Shown one piece after another: positions 19,866-28,433 of a stretch of 64,000 nucleotides of DNA (positions are counted from its first letter, which is position 1; each line of letters opens with the position of its first letter). Source of the DNA: a virus (taxonomy: Duplodnaviria; Heunggongvirae; Uroviricota; Caudoviricetes); IMG/VR virus record IMGVR_UViG_2671180724_000008. One strand, given 5' to 3'. The position numbers were made by a program, and so were the translations under genes. The notes beneath the pieces were generated by a model. The model saw only the letters and a program-made list of their open reading frames with translations. It had not been told where the DNA came from and did not search any database.

Positions 19866-20348
19866 ATGGCGGTAGTTGTGAAAGCTGATTTGTCAAAAAT
19901 CCCCTCTATTTCAGGAAATAATGGTTATTCACTTCGTTGTGAGGAAGTAAAGATAAACGGTGAGTCGGCATATTGCAGCTACTCCGTTTGCCAGCACACC
20001 ATTCTTGCCTTCAAAGAAAACCGTCTTCCTCGAACTTCATTCCAGTCGTGCGCAACCACTATCAAAGCAGGCAAATGCAAGGCGTTAAAAATGATGGTTG
20101 AAGAGATTCGTAAAGGAGAATCTCTGTATTTCGAAGATATGACCGCGCTCATTAAGGAGGTTGAAGAACGGAATAAACAAGCCAGAACTATAAAACGAAA
20201 ACGTGACAGTGTAACGATTAATAGCATGGTTAAGAAGAGCACCACATCACAAACAGCGATCACTGACGTGTATGCGGCGTTGCTTGAAGAAACAACAAAA
20301 GAAACACATGAGCAAATCGATCAACATATGGAGGCAAAACAACAATGA
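19866..20348 (+). CDS. hypothetical protein (Cys-rich N-terminus)
   Basis: 160-aa ORF; several Cys in the first 70 aa (possible metal-binding). Confidence 0.4.
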   Translation: MAVVVKADLSKIPSISGNNGYSLRCEEVKINGESAYCSYSVCQHTILAFKENRLPRTSFQSCATTIKAGKCKALKMMVEEIRKGESLYFEDMTALIKEVEERNKQARTIKRKRDSVTINSMVKKSTTSQTAITDVYAALLEETTKETHEQIDQHMEAKQQ

Positions 20349-21667
20349 AAAAGTTGATCGCACTTAAGCATAAGCTGGACGAAATGAAAGCTATGGGAAC
20401 CAATGCAAAAAAAGAGGCATTGGCCAACATGGATGACTTCGAGCAAAGCATGGTTTCATTGATGCTCAACCCTTTCATCCGTTTTGGGGTAAAGAAATAC
20501 AAAGTGGCAGAGCCGCTTAGTGAGTCCGTCCCAAGTGACGAAAAAGCCATTGATATACTGAATAAGCTGGCCTCTCGCGAGCTGACGGGGAACGCAGCAA
20601 TAGCTGCTGTTGAGTCTATCGTGGCGTCAATGTGCGCCGATGGGCAGGACGTGTTCCGTCGTTTCCTCTTAAAAGATCCGAAAGCTGGCGTTGGGATTAG
20701 CCTATGCAACAAGGTTTTTGAAAATCCCATTCCGAAATTCGAGGTGCAGCTGGCGTCACCGTATAAAGAAAAAGGCGACAAATACCCCTTCAAGCCAAAT
20801 CCTAAAGCAAAATGGCCGATGATTGGCAGCCTTAAGCTCGATGGTTTGCGAGTAATTTGCGAGGTTATTGTTGACGAGGAAGAGGTGAACTTCCTTTCTC
20901 GTACTGGTAATCCAATCACGTCTCTCGATCACCTAAAGCCAGCCATGCTCGAATTAGGCAAACTTTCAGGCCACAAACACATCTTCTTCGATGGTGAAGG
21001 AACAGCCGGTTCATTTAACAAGTCCGTATCTGCATTGCGCAAAAAGAACGTGCAGGCAATTGGCGCTATTTATCATGTTTTCGACTTCTTCCTACCGGAA
21101 TGGCGGGCACAGGCTAAATCCAAAGAGTATGCAAAGACAGGTATGAAGCTGAAAGAGCGCCTGGCTATTCTCGTGGCGTTGTTCAAAAACGATCGCAGTG
21201 AAGACTACGCGCAAGACATTCACCTACATCCGTTCTACATCATCCATAGCCACGAAGACTTCATCGAACGCTTCATGAAACGCCTGGACGATAACGAAGA
21301 AGGGGAGATGGGCAAAGATCCGAACTCTGTTTACGAGTTTAAACGTACCCGCAGCTGGTGGAAGTTAAAAGACGAAGATTCAGAAGATGGTGAAATTATC
21401 GACTTTGAGCCGGGCGACCCGGACTCTGGTTTTGCCAACACACTTGGAAAAATTGTTATTCGTCTTGAAAACGGCGTCATCGTTCGTGCGAGCGGCATTA
21501 AGCATAAATATCTGGACGAGATCTGGAACAACAAAGAGAAGTACCGTGGTCGTATTGTCGAGGTTCATTGTCACGAGAAAACACCGGACGGCAGCTTACG
21601 CCACCCACGACTGAAATGGCCGCGTTGCTTACGCGATACAGAAGATCGAATCGGAGATAAAGAATGA
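20345..21667 (+). CDS. ATP-dependent DNA ligase
   Basis: 440-aa ORF with nucleotidyltransferase motif I KLDGLR (GSLKLDGLRV). Confidence 0.65.
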   Translation: MKKLIALKHKLDEMKAMGTNAKKEALANMDDFEQSMVSLMLNPFIRFGVKKYKVAEPLSESVPSDEKAIDILNKLASRELTGNAAIAAVESIVASMCADGQDVFRRFLLKDPKAGVGISLCNKVFENPIPKFEVQLASPYKEKGDKYPFKPNPKAKWPMIGSLKLDGLRVICEVIVDEEEVNFLSRTGNPITSLDHLKPAMLELGKLSGHKHIFFDGEGTAGSFNKSVSALRKKNVQAIGAIYHVFDFFLPEWRAQAKSKEYAKTGMKLKERLAILVALFKNDRSEDYAQDIHLHPFYIIHSHEDFIERFMKRLDDNEEGEMGKDPNSVYEFKRTRSWWKLKDEDSEDGEIIDFEPGDPDSGFANTLGKIVIRLENGVIVRASGIKHKYLDEIWNNKEKYRGRIVEVHCHEKTPDGSLRHPRLKWPRCLRDTEDRIGDKE

Positions 21668-21843
21668 TGCTCGGCTGGATGATTGCATTTTTAGCGGTTG
21701 GTTTTTTAATCGGTATTGTGGTGATGTCCAGTTGCATCAATGACTACATTAAAAGCGGTGTTATAGAACGACGCGGTCGTATTTATCGCATTGTAGAAAT
21801 AACCCACACAGTGAAGGAGATTAAGGATGATCGTATTAAGTAA
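21664..21843 (+). CDS. small membrane protein (paralog A)
   Basis: 59-aa ORF, absent from the ORF track (under 60 aa). ATGA overlap with the ligase stop. One TM helix and a conserved C-terminal GRIYRIVEITH motif shared with the ORF at 22039. Confidence 0.35.
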   Translation: MMLGWMIAFLAVGFLIGIVVMSSCINDYIKSGVIERRGRIYRIVEITHTVKEIKDDRIK

Positions 21844-22042
21844 GCGGGAGAAGGAAACGCTTCATGAAATCAGTAAGTGGCCGGAGTTCCCTGAGTACTG
21901 GAAGCCTAAAACGCGGGCTAAGTTAGAGCGGTTAGGGTTGGTTGCAAACGTTTCTGAAACGTGGTGTTCGGCCAACTACCAGTTAACTGATAAAGGGAAA
22001 GTATTGCTACAGCAATTAGTAGAATCAGGAGCGTTCAAATGA
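21827..22042 (+). CDS. hypothetical protein
   Basis: 71-aa ORF overlapping the preceding small ORF. Confidence 0.35.
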   Translation: MIVLSKREKETLHEISKWPEFPEYWKPKTRAKLERLGLVANVSETWCSANYQLTDKGKVLLQQLVESGAFK

Positions 22043-22191
22043 TTCCATACATCTCATTAGCTTTTATGGGTGGCTTCCTTATTGGCTTCGGCATCTGTCG
22101 TGATTTAATTAAGCAGGAACTTAAAACCAAAACACTGTGCATCGGAAAGCGTGTGTATCGGGTAGTTCATGAAACAAAGGTGAAAAAATGA
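22039..22191 (+). CDS. small membrane protein (paralog B)
   Basis: 50-aa ORF, ATGA overlap with the preceding stop. One TM helix and a C-terminal KRVYRVVHETK motif paralogous to the ORF at 21664. Confidence 0.35.
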   Translation: MIPYISLAFMGGFLIGFGICRDLIKQELKTKTLCIGKRVYRVVHETKVKK

Positions 22192-22478
22192 GCAATTTAA
22201 CTTCTTGGGAATGGTGGTTGGCCACCTATTTCTTAGCGGCCGGAGTCGCATTCGCCTTTTACGTAGGTCAGTTAGTCGTAAAACTGTTGCTGATTAAATT
22301 TGCTAGTCATAAACGTATCGATGATGGTCTGTGGCGTCTTGGCACCCTGGTGGAAACTCGCTACGGGCAACTTAAGGAGAACGAAACCATTACTATCCAA
22401 GCGAAACGATTCACTGCCACCATCACAAGAACACCTAGTCGTAGAGTGGCATTGATCAAAAAAGTCACAACCGAATAA
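22188..22478 (+). CDS. hypothetical membrane protein
   Basis: 96-aa ORF with an N-terminal TM helix; ATGA overlap with the preceding ORF. Confidence 0.35.
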   Translation: MSNLTSWEWWLATYFLAAGVAFAFYVGQLVVKLLLIKFASHKRIDDGLWRLGTLVETRYGQLKENETITIQAKRFTATITRTPSRRVALIKKVTTE

Positions 22479-23256
22479 AAACATATTGATAAGTATTTAC
22501 TTACTTATCTTTTGTGTATAAGATGACTTTGTTTTCGTTGAGACGCGACTGTTTGAACTTAAATACAAGTGCAAACGAAGAAGTCTATCTGGCAGTAGCC
22601 TAATAAGCCAAACACCAGCGAGGTCAGTTTCCAGCCTCGTTACCGAAATGGGACACACTGAGCGAGTGTGATTGCAGAACGCAGGAGGGAACATTCATGT
22701 TCCCTCCGATGAAGTAACAGAATGGGCGGTTGGTATATTTTCAACTCCATATGACTCCCGGATTCTTAGCCACTGACCGCCCATCCTGTTACGTCATTTT
22801 GTTCAATTATGTCGTTTATACTGGGTTAAAAAGCGGCGACGTAGCCCGGCTGGTATGGTTAGCCAGCACACAACGTTGAGGCCATTACATTTTTATCAAT
22901 TCTAAGGTTCTATTCACAGAGATACCGGCGAGCGTTGATATGTAACATGTTGGGCAAACATTCAATCGGAGTAGTGGCCTCAACGTTGTGAAGACGGGAT
23001 TGTTGTGTAGGTTTAACCACTGTTGCCATTGGTGCCTGTTTTCACAACAAATGATTCCATACATCACATTGTATAAATTACAAAGTAGGTGCTGTCCTCA
23101 GAAACATCATCTACTTAAAGATTTTGCCTTCTACTATTGAGCGAAGTCGAAAGCGTCTGGCACTAACGAAAAGTGCAAGTAGCGGTGCGTTTCCTGGCAG
23201 AAACTAAACCGTCGCGATTGGCACTGTTGAGTAATAAATACTGGCAGTGCTGAATT

Positions 23257-23331
23257 GATGGTGTAGCTCAGCGGTAGAGCAGTTGGCTGTTAACCAACTG
23301 GTCGGTGGTTCGAATCCACCCACCATCGCCA
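23257..23331 (+). tRNA. tRNA-Asn (anticodon GTT)
   Basis: Canonical cloverleaf read by eye: acceptor gatggtg / caccatc, D-arm gctcagcggtagagc, anticodon loop ctGTTaa, T-arm ggtggttcgaatccacc, encoded CCA. Confidence 0.8.
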
Positions 23332-23336
23332 ATTTA

Positions 23337-23423
23337 GGGGAGTTAGTCCGTAGAGGTAGCGGTGTAGACTGTAAATCTACTGTCATTGCGACTCGGGTGG
23401 TTCGACTCCATCACTCCCCACCA
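23337..23423 (+). tRNA. tRNA-Tyr (anticodon GTA), type II with long variable arm
   Basis: Acceptor ggggagt / actcccc, anticodon stem-loop gtaga-ctGTAaa-tctac, long variable arm, T-loop ttcgact, encoded CCA. Confidence 0.7.
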
Positions 23424-23427
23424 AATT

Positions 23428-23503
23428 GCCGGTTTAGCTCAGTTGGTAGAGCGCCTGCCTTGTAAGCAGGATGTCAGCGGTTCGTGTCCGTTAACCGGCA
23501 CCA
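23428..23503 (+). tRNA. tRNA-Thr (anticodon TGT)
   Basis: Acceptor gccggtt / aaccggc, D-arm gctcagttggtagagc, anticodon loop ctTGTaa, T-loop ttcgtgt, encoded CCA. Confidence 0.75.
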
Positions 23504-24171
23504 ACATAATATTGAGAACATTGGCGTAACGGGGTCATATCCCAATCTATGAATAAATGTTACGTTGCCGCGTGACAACCAGTGTTCTCAACATTGTGGT
23601 GAATGCACAGGCTGATGTGCCGCAACTACAGTAGTGCGCGCTTTGCGGGGCTTGCTACAACCCTGTGTCGGAGATCAGCGCCGACCATCACAATTTGGCT
23701 CTCTTGCAACAGCATAACGCTGAAATATGTCCAACCTGGTGCGGCCTGTTCACCCGCCGTTAGCTCCACGAAACGGAGCGCACAACAGATAAGAGAACTT
23801 CCCATATGGGGCTTGGCTTAAATGCATCGAGTTCTCTTATCGCTGTGTCACAGACAAATTTCCGACAGCCCTGTTTATCATCGGACGCAACCTAAAAGGT
23901 CGAGGCAAAGCCAGGTAATAGCGGAGGGAGTGACACAGCACACAACAGGTAAGAGCATTTGTAGAGTTCGACTCTCTACCGTGGGCTTTTTCCCGCGATG
24001 CGAGCCATAAATGCTCTTTCCGTTGTGGTGGATTCGCAGACTGATGCGATAGCTTTCTTGGATGTTAGGGAAATGCGGCCGCAAATCTTCCCTTTCGCGA
24101 GCGGTGATCGTCCGTAGTCCTAATTGGCTGCACCGTATGCCGGAGATTCAGTACCGGCCACCACAACGGCC

Positions 24172-24258
24172 GGAGAGTAGGGAGCATGGTGCTCAAGCGG
24201 TCTTGAAAACCGTCCCATTGTGCAAACGATGATGGTTCGATTCCATTACTCTCCGCCA
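24172..24258 (+). tRNA. tRNA-Ser-like (anticodon TGA), type II, non-canonical D-arm
   Basis: Acceptor ggagagt / actctcc, anticodon stem-loop gcggt-ctTGAaa-accgt, long variable arm, T-loop ttcgatt, encoded CCA. The D-arm is irregular, so function is uncertain. Confidence 0.5.
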
Positions 24259-24260
24259 GA

Positions 24261-24338
24261 CACAGCGTTGAGCGGTTTGGCCTTTTAATCAACTCGATTA
24301 AGACTCCGCTAACATAAACCAGACCGCTCAACGCTGTG
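24261..24338. repeat. long imperfect inverted repeat immediately after the tRNA cluster
   Basis: 20-bp arms (19/20 match): cacagcgttgagcggtttgg and ccagaccgctcaacgctgtg, separated by a 42-nt loop. Confidence 0.6.
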
Positions 24339-24370
24339 ATAGACAATTACGGCAGACGTTCTTAACCATA

Positions 24371-24400
24371 GCTTGCTAACATCCTAGCAACACTTTTTTT
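24371..24400 (+). terminator. rho-independent terminator after tRNA region
   Basis: ttgcta-acatcc-tagcaa hairpin followed by cacttttttt. Confidence 0.5.
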
Positions 24401-24413
24401 CAGCGCAAAATTC

Positions 24414-24436
24414 AAAGGGGCTTCGGCCCCTTTTTT
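24414..24436. terminator. bidirectional rho-independent terminator
   Basis: aaaggggc-ttcg-gcccctttttt, with an A-run upstream and T-run downstream. Lies just past the 3' end of the minus-strand gene 24454..25788. Confidence 0.75.
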
Positions 24437-24453
24437 GAAAGCAATGGGCAAGT

Positions 24454-25788
24454 TCATGCCAAATTATCCAGATTTCTTTTCTTTTTTTCAATTATATTTC
24501 TCGCGCCAGAAAAAATTTTACTCAAAATAATTGATTTGCTTGCTCTATTATTAAGATGTAACAACGCGCTATAAAATACATAGTTATCTATTTTACTATT
24601 TAAAGTATTCCCAAGCTTCCCGTTATATGTGCTATTAATAGTATTAAAATATACATGTTCAGGACCTATATTACAAATACCCCTATCAACTCGCTTTAAA
24701 TAATGTTTAACTAAAGAAATAGCATCTTCCTTATCATTAATAACATAAAGTCCTGAGCGTTTACCTAGCTTGCTGTCCGAGAATAATTTATAACCAACAA
24801 GTTCATTTAACGTATTATCCACTTTTGTCAACTCTTTGTTGGCAATCTCCAAATAATACTCAATCTCTTTCTCCATATTACTTATTAAAGAGTTAAATTC
24901 TGCTCGTAACAAATCACCACCAGGTGATTTATAACTCCATAAAATTGAATTGGTAATACGTACTACGTCAGATACTTCTGGTTTCTCTGAATAGTTTTTG
25001 TATCTAGTGCAAATAATGCTGTGCTTTATATATTCTCTAACTAATGATCGATAATCCCTTTCGAAAAGGTTTTTGACATCTAGTCTTCCATTGCTTGTTG
25101 TTATTAAGGTGGTGTTTAAAACTGGGTCGCCTTCAAAAAAATTATATTTATTTAGTAATCGTTTTAGCTTGTGTGAATTATGTGATGTTTCGCCATAATA
25201 ATTTATCCCAAAAATAGCAATTATTAGCATAACATCAGGAGTGATGAAATGTCGTAATTGCTCGGCATAAACTTTTTTATCTTCGATTTTCGAAGATGGA
25301 GAGTAAAAACCTTTGTCTATATATTCTAATATTGAAACAATATTACTAACATAACGTATAAAAACTTGATTCATTACAACGGAATCATAAACCTGATGCA
25401 AATAATCTACTCTCAAGTTGTTTTTTATTTTTTCCCCTGTACTAGATGATAACTCTTCTTTTACCTGCCCAAGTAGCTTTTCGTGGTGCTCCAGCAATGT
25501 TTTAAACCATTGTTCAAATGATGATTTTCTTGCCTCAGTTAATGAATCTGATGTTATCTGGACAGCTTTCATAGCTGCTTTCGCACTTTTCTTTGCTTCA
25601 TAAGCGTTCCATGCTGAAGCACAAAAAGCTGCCGCCGTGATGCAACTGGTAAAAATAGAAATCCTATCTGCAACATTCAAGCTCCAGAACCAATCAGACG
25701 ATGAAATCAAAACCACAGATATTACGGGAACAATGAAAATCAAAACAGGCATGTATGTACTCGCTCTAATAGTTATTAGTCGAGGCAA
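24454..25788 (-). CDS. low-GC membrane protein of unknown function (candidate accessory / defence or exclusion gene)
   Basis: 444-aa minus-strand ORF in a markedly AT-rich segment. Two predicted N-terminal TM helices, then a largely helical soluble region with no nucleotide-binding or nuclease motif recognisable by eye. Own terminator at 24414..24436. Confidence 0.5.
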   Translation of the reverse strand: MPRLITIRASTYMPVLIFIVPVISVVLISSSDWFWSLNVADRISIFTSCITAAAFCASAWNAYEAKKSAKAAMKAVQITSDSLTEARKSSFEQWFKTLLEHHEKLLGQVKEELSSSTGEKIKNNLRVDYLHQVYDSVVMNQVFIRYVSNIVSILEYIDKGFYSPSSKIEDKKVYAEQLRHFITPDVMLIIAIFGINYYGETSHNSHKLKRLLNKYNFFEGDPVLNTTLITTSNGRLDVKNLFERDYRSLVREYIKHSIICTRYKNYSEKPEVSDVVRITNSILWSYKSPGGDLLRAEFNSLISNMEKEIEYYLEIANKELTKVDNTLNELVGYKLFSDSKLGKRSGLYVINDKEDAISLVKHYLKRVDRGICNIGPEHVYFNTINSTYNGKLGNTLNSKIDNYVFYSALLHLNNRASKSIILSKIFSGARNIIEKKKRNLDNLA

Positions 25789-25848
25789 ATATTATATAAA
25801 TCTCGTTATGATTTACAGACATGTATACGTATTGCTAATTATCACCAA

Positions 25849-25880
25849 CAAATGATAGGTGTGTACATATCTATCATTTG
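25849..25880. promoter_or_regulatory. palindromic operator-like site in a divergent intergenic region
   Basis: Perfect 10-bp inverted repeat caaatgatag ... ctatcatttg with a 12-nt spacer, between the minus-strand membrane-protein gene and the glutaredoxin gene. Confidence 0.45.
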
Positions 25881-25930
25881 TTGTAAAATTAATGTATACG
25901 CTATGAATACACTAATAATATGAGGTAATC

Positions 25931-26176
25931 ATGACTATCGTTATCTACGGACGAGATAACTGTTCATACTGCAAACGTGCGGTCGAGCTGGCGAAGCAAC
26001 TAAAGGGACATGGCTACGGTGATTATGAGTACATCGACATCACTACTACCGGTATCGATAAGGAAAAACTTAGCGAAATTGTTGGTAAACCGGTAGAGAC
26101 TATACCCCAGGTACTGATCGATGGCCAGCCGATTGGCGGATACACAGAACTGGCTGCATACGTCAGCACCCTCTGA
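25931..26176 (+). CDS. glutaredoxin (NrdH/Grx-like thiol-disulfide redoxin)
   Basis: 81-aa protein with active-site CSYC near the N-terminus and the TIPQVLIDGQPIGG motif. Confidence 0.7.
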   Translation: MTIVIYGRDNCSYCKRAVELAKQLKGHGYGDYEYIDITTTGIDKEKLSEIVGKPVETIPQVLIDGQPIGGYTELAAYVSTL

Positions 26177-26180
26177 TTTT

Positions 26181-26206
26181 AACGGCTCACAGGAGCCGTT
26201 TTTATT
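26181..26206 (+). terminator. rho-independent terminator
   Basis: aacggctc-acag-gagccgtt hairpin followed by tttatt. Confidence 0.7.
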
Positions 26207-26386
26207 CCCACCAAACTCACTCCCGTTTCCCTTAAAATTCAAAAAACAACGTCAAAATGATTCCATACCTACTATGTATGGAATCATTCGTGAAAATGAG
26301 TTACTTTTACTCTTGATCCTATAAGAATCTATGCCTAATATACTGTTTACTTATACAGTGAATCGGCGTAACTCGGTGATTGTCAT

Positions 26387-27490
26387 ATGAAAAATAGCTT
26401 TGACAGAGCACGCGCTGCGGAGAACACCTCAAAAGAGGCGATTGAGTATCTCGAAAGAGCATCTCAAATGCAGGCCGTTATGATCTCGCAGGTTAGCAAT
26501 GACATGAGATTCTCGGACGCATTCATGTTATTCACTCGCTTATCTCTGCTTATAACCAGACGTCGGCCAGAGATCGCTGTTCATTGTATTTTGATACATG
26601 TTTTGCCGCACATTGCTGATGTAAAAGTAAGTGACATTAATAGGTTCATGGTGAACCAACTGGTAAACCCACTAATACTGGATGGCAAAATTGTTATGGG
26701 CCGCCGCGTTTTCTCTCTGATGAAGCAGTTCCTTAGCTGGTGCGCCTTCCAGGGGATGATAGACGTGTCACCGTTAAACGATATGTCACTAAACAAAGTT
26801 GCCGGTGGCGCAAAGCCCACACCTCGCGAGCGGAAGCTGACCGACGCAGAGGTATGGGTGTTCTGGAATATATGGGACTACTTCAATGTGTGCGCTGGTA
26901 CAAAATGGGCGGCCAGGCTGTGTCTTGTATCAGCAAGACGACCTGACGAAGTACTGCGGGCTAAAAAAAGTGAGTTCAATCTTAAGCGTGGGGTTTGGAA
27001 TCAAGGCAAGAGAAACAAGTCAGCACGTGAGCATTCGCTGCCTTTAAGCACATTAATGCGCACATGCATTGAAGAGTTGTTCGAATACGGTAAAGACAGC
27101 CAGTGGCTCGTGCCTTCGAATAAAAAAATCGGGAAAGACCTTCCTATGTCTAAAGTGGCAATAGCCCAGGCATTACGTCGTATTCTGGAACGACCAGAAC
27201 TGATGGAGCTTGAGCCATTTACACCCCGAGATTTGCGCCGTACTGCGCGTAGTTACTTCCCAGCATTAGGCATAAGCCAGGAGGTATCACGCAAAATCAT
27301 GAACCACAGTCTTGAGGGGATAGATCGGGTCTACGACCGGCACGATTATATGGACGAGATGCGAGACGCCTTAGAAAGTTTCTCGACGTACATCGCATCA
27401 ATCGTAGAGCAACCGGATTTAGACGAAATTGACCACAAATTCAAGGGAGATCGTCTATCAACAGAGCTTATTCGTGTAAATTTTTCATAG
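26387..27490 (+). CDS. tyrosine-type site-specific recombinase (integrase / resolvase family)
   Basis: 367-aa ORF. C-terminal catalytic region carries R..DLRRTARS ... HS ... YDRHDY, consistent with the R-H-R-Y tyrosine recombinase signature. Confidence 0.7.
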   Translation: MKNSFDRARAAENTSKEAIEYLERASQMQAVMISQVSNDMRFSDAFMLFTRLSLLITRRRPEIAVHCILIHVLPHIADVKVSDINRFMVNQLVNPLILDGKIVMGRRVFSLMKQFLSWCAFQGMIDVSPLNDMSLNKVAGGAKPTPRERKLTDAEVWVFWNIWDYFNVCAGTKWAARLCLVSARRPDEVLRAKKSEFNLKRGVWNQGKRNKSAREHSLPLSTLMRTCIEELFEYGKDSQWLVPSNKKIGKDLPMSKVAIAQALRRILERPELMELEPFTPRDLRRTARSYFPALGISQEVSRKIMNHSLEGIDRVYDRHDYMDEMRDALESFSTYIASIVEQPDLDEIDHKFKGDRLSTELIRVNFS

Positions 27491-27871
27491 AGACTTTATG
27501 GCCTCAACAACCTTTTGTGATGCGCCTTTCTCTTTACCGAATCGCTCGTTATATGCAGCAAGAACCTGTTTTTCGTCCTCGTTAAGAGGAGCGGTGCCTT
27601 CTTTGTATAAAAATGCTGCGAGTTCAGGTTGGCGTTCTTCCAGCACCATCATCATAAGACGACTTGGCTCAATACCCAGCGCCAGCGCCAGCGGACGAAC
27701 CTTATCGATAGGCAAAGGAATTTTGCCACTTTTAATTAAAGAAAGGTTGTTGGCATTTTTATAACCAATAAGTCTGGCTATTTGGGCCTGACTCATAGGT
27801 GAGGATTCAATCAGCCCTGCGATAAAAGCAGCATAGCGACTTTCTATAAATTCAATCTTGTTGTCAGACAT
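27485..27871 (-). CDS. XRE-family helix-turn-helix transcriptional regulator (repressor-like)
   Basis: 128-aa minus-strand ORF with HTH segment SQAQIARLIGYKNANNLSLIKSG. Convergent with the recombinase gene and divergent from the operon beginning at 28123. Confidence 0.6.
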   Translation of the reverse strand: MSDNKIEFIESRYAAFIAGLIESSPMSQAQIARLIGYKNANNLSLIKSGKIPLPIDKVRPLALALGIEPSRLMMMVLEERQPELAAFLYKEGTAPLNEDEKQVLAAYNERFGKEKGASQKVVEAIKSL

Positions 27872-28122
27872 TGTTACAACCTTTGCGCGTTTAATTCTCT
27901 CTGGTAAGTGCTTACCGATATTACATCAAAGGTTAGGGTTGTAAAGCTATTATCATTTTTTTCGGCAGGCACTTGTAAGACCGAGCAAAGGTCCATGCAT
28001 GGAGAAAAACTAGCCCAAAATAGGTAAGAAAATTAACTTGCATCTGATATAGATGTATTCAGTATTGATACAAATTTTAGTAGTATTCCTTACCATAGTA
28101 TAAGTTAGAATGGATTGATTGA

Positions 28123-28335
28123 ATGAAAACCACTATTTCCAGCCTAATCGCTCTTGAGATCGGACACGTACAGAAATTAGCTGATGAGTGTGTAGCTGAC
28201 ATCCTCACCGATCTACCGAATGAGCAGATTCAGGTTGGTGTGAATGACACAACTGGCTTTATATTCGAACTTAACAACAAACGCTTCACGCTTCTCAATA
28301 CCGGCTCCGGGTCTTTAGCCGTCAGAATCTGTTAA
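28123..28335 (+). CDS. hypothetical protein
   Basis: 70-aa ORF, first gene divergent from the HTH regulator. Confidence 0.3.
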   Translation: MKTTISSLIALEIGHVQKLADECVADILTDLPNEQIQVGVNDTTGFIFELNNKRFTLLNTGSGSLAVRIC

Positions 28336-28433
28336 CCCCTCTTCTCCCTGCGCGAATGGCTTAGTTCCCTGTTCGCGCAGTGCTACATTAAACACACTAG
28401 TAAATAATTTGTTTTCATAACAAAGGATTAGCC

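Noticed and set aside
23257-27490. tRNA genes next to a tyrosine recombinase as a prophage integration site (attL/attR)
   Set aside because: The tRNAs are intact, clustered and embedded in phage-type non-coding DNA. No duplicated tRNA 3' fragment was seen. The element has its own plasmid replicon and partition system, so the recombinase more likely serves plasmid or phage DNA resolution.
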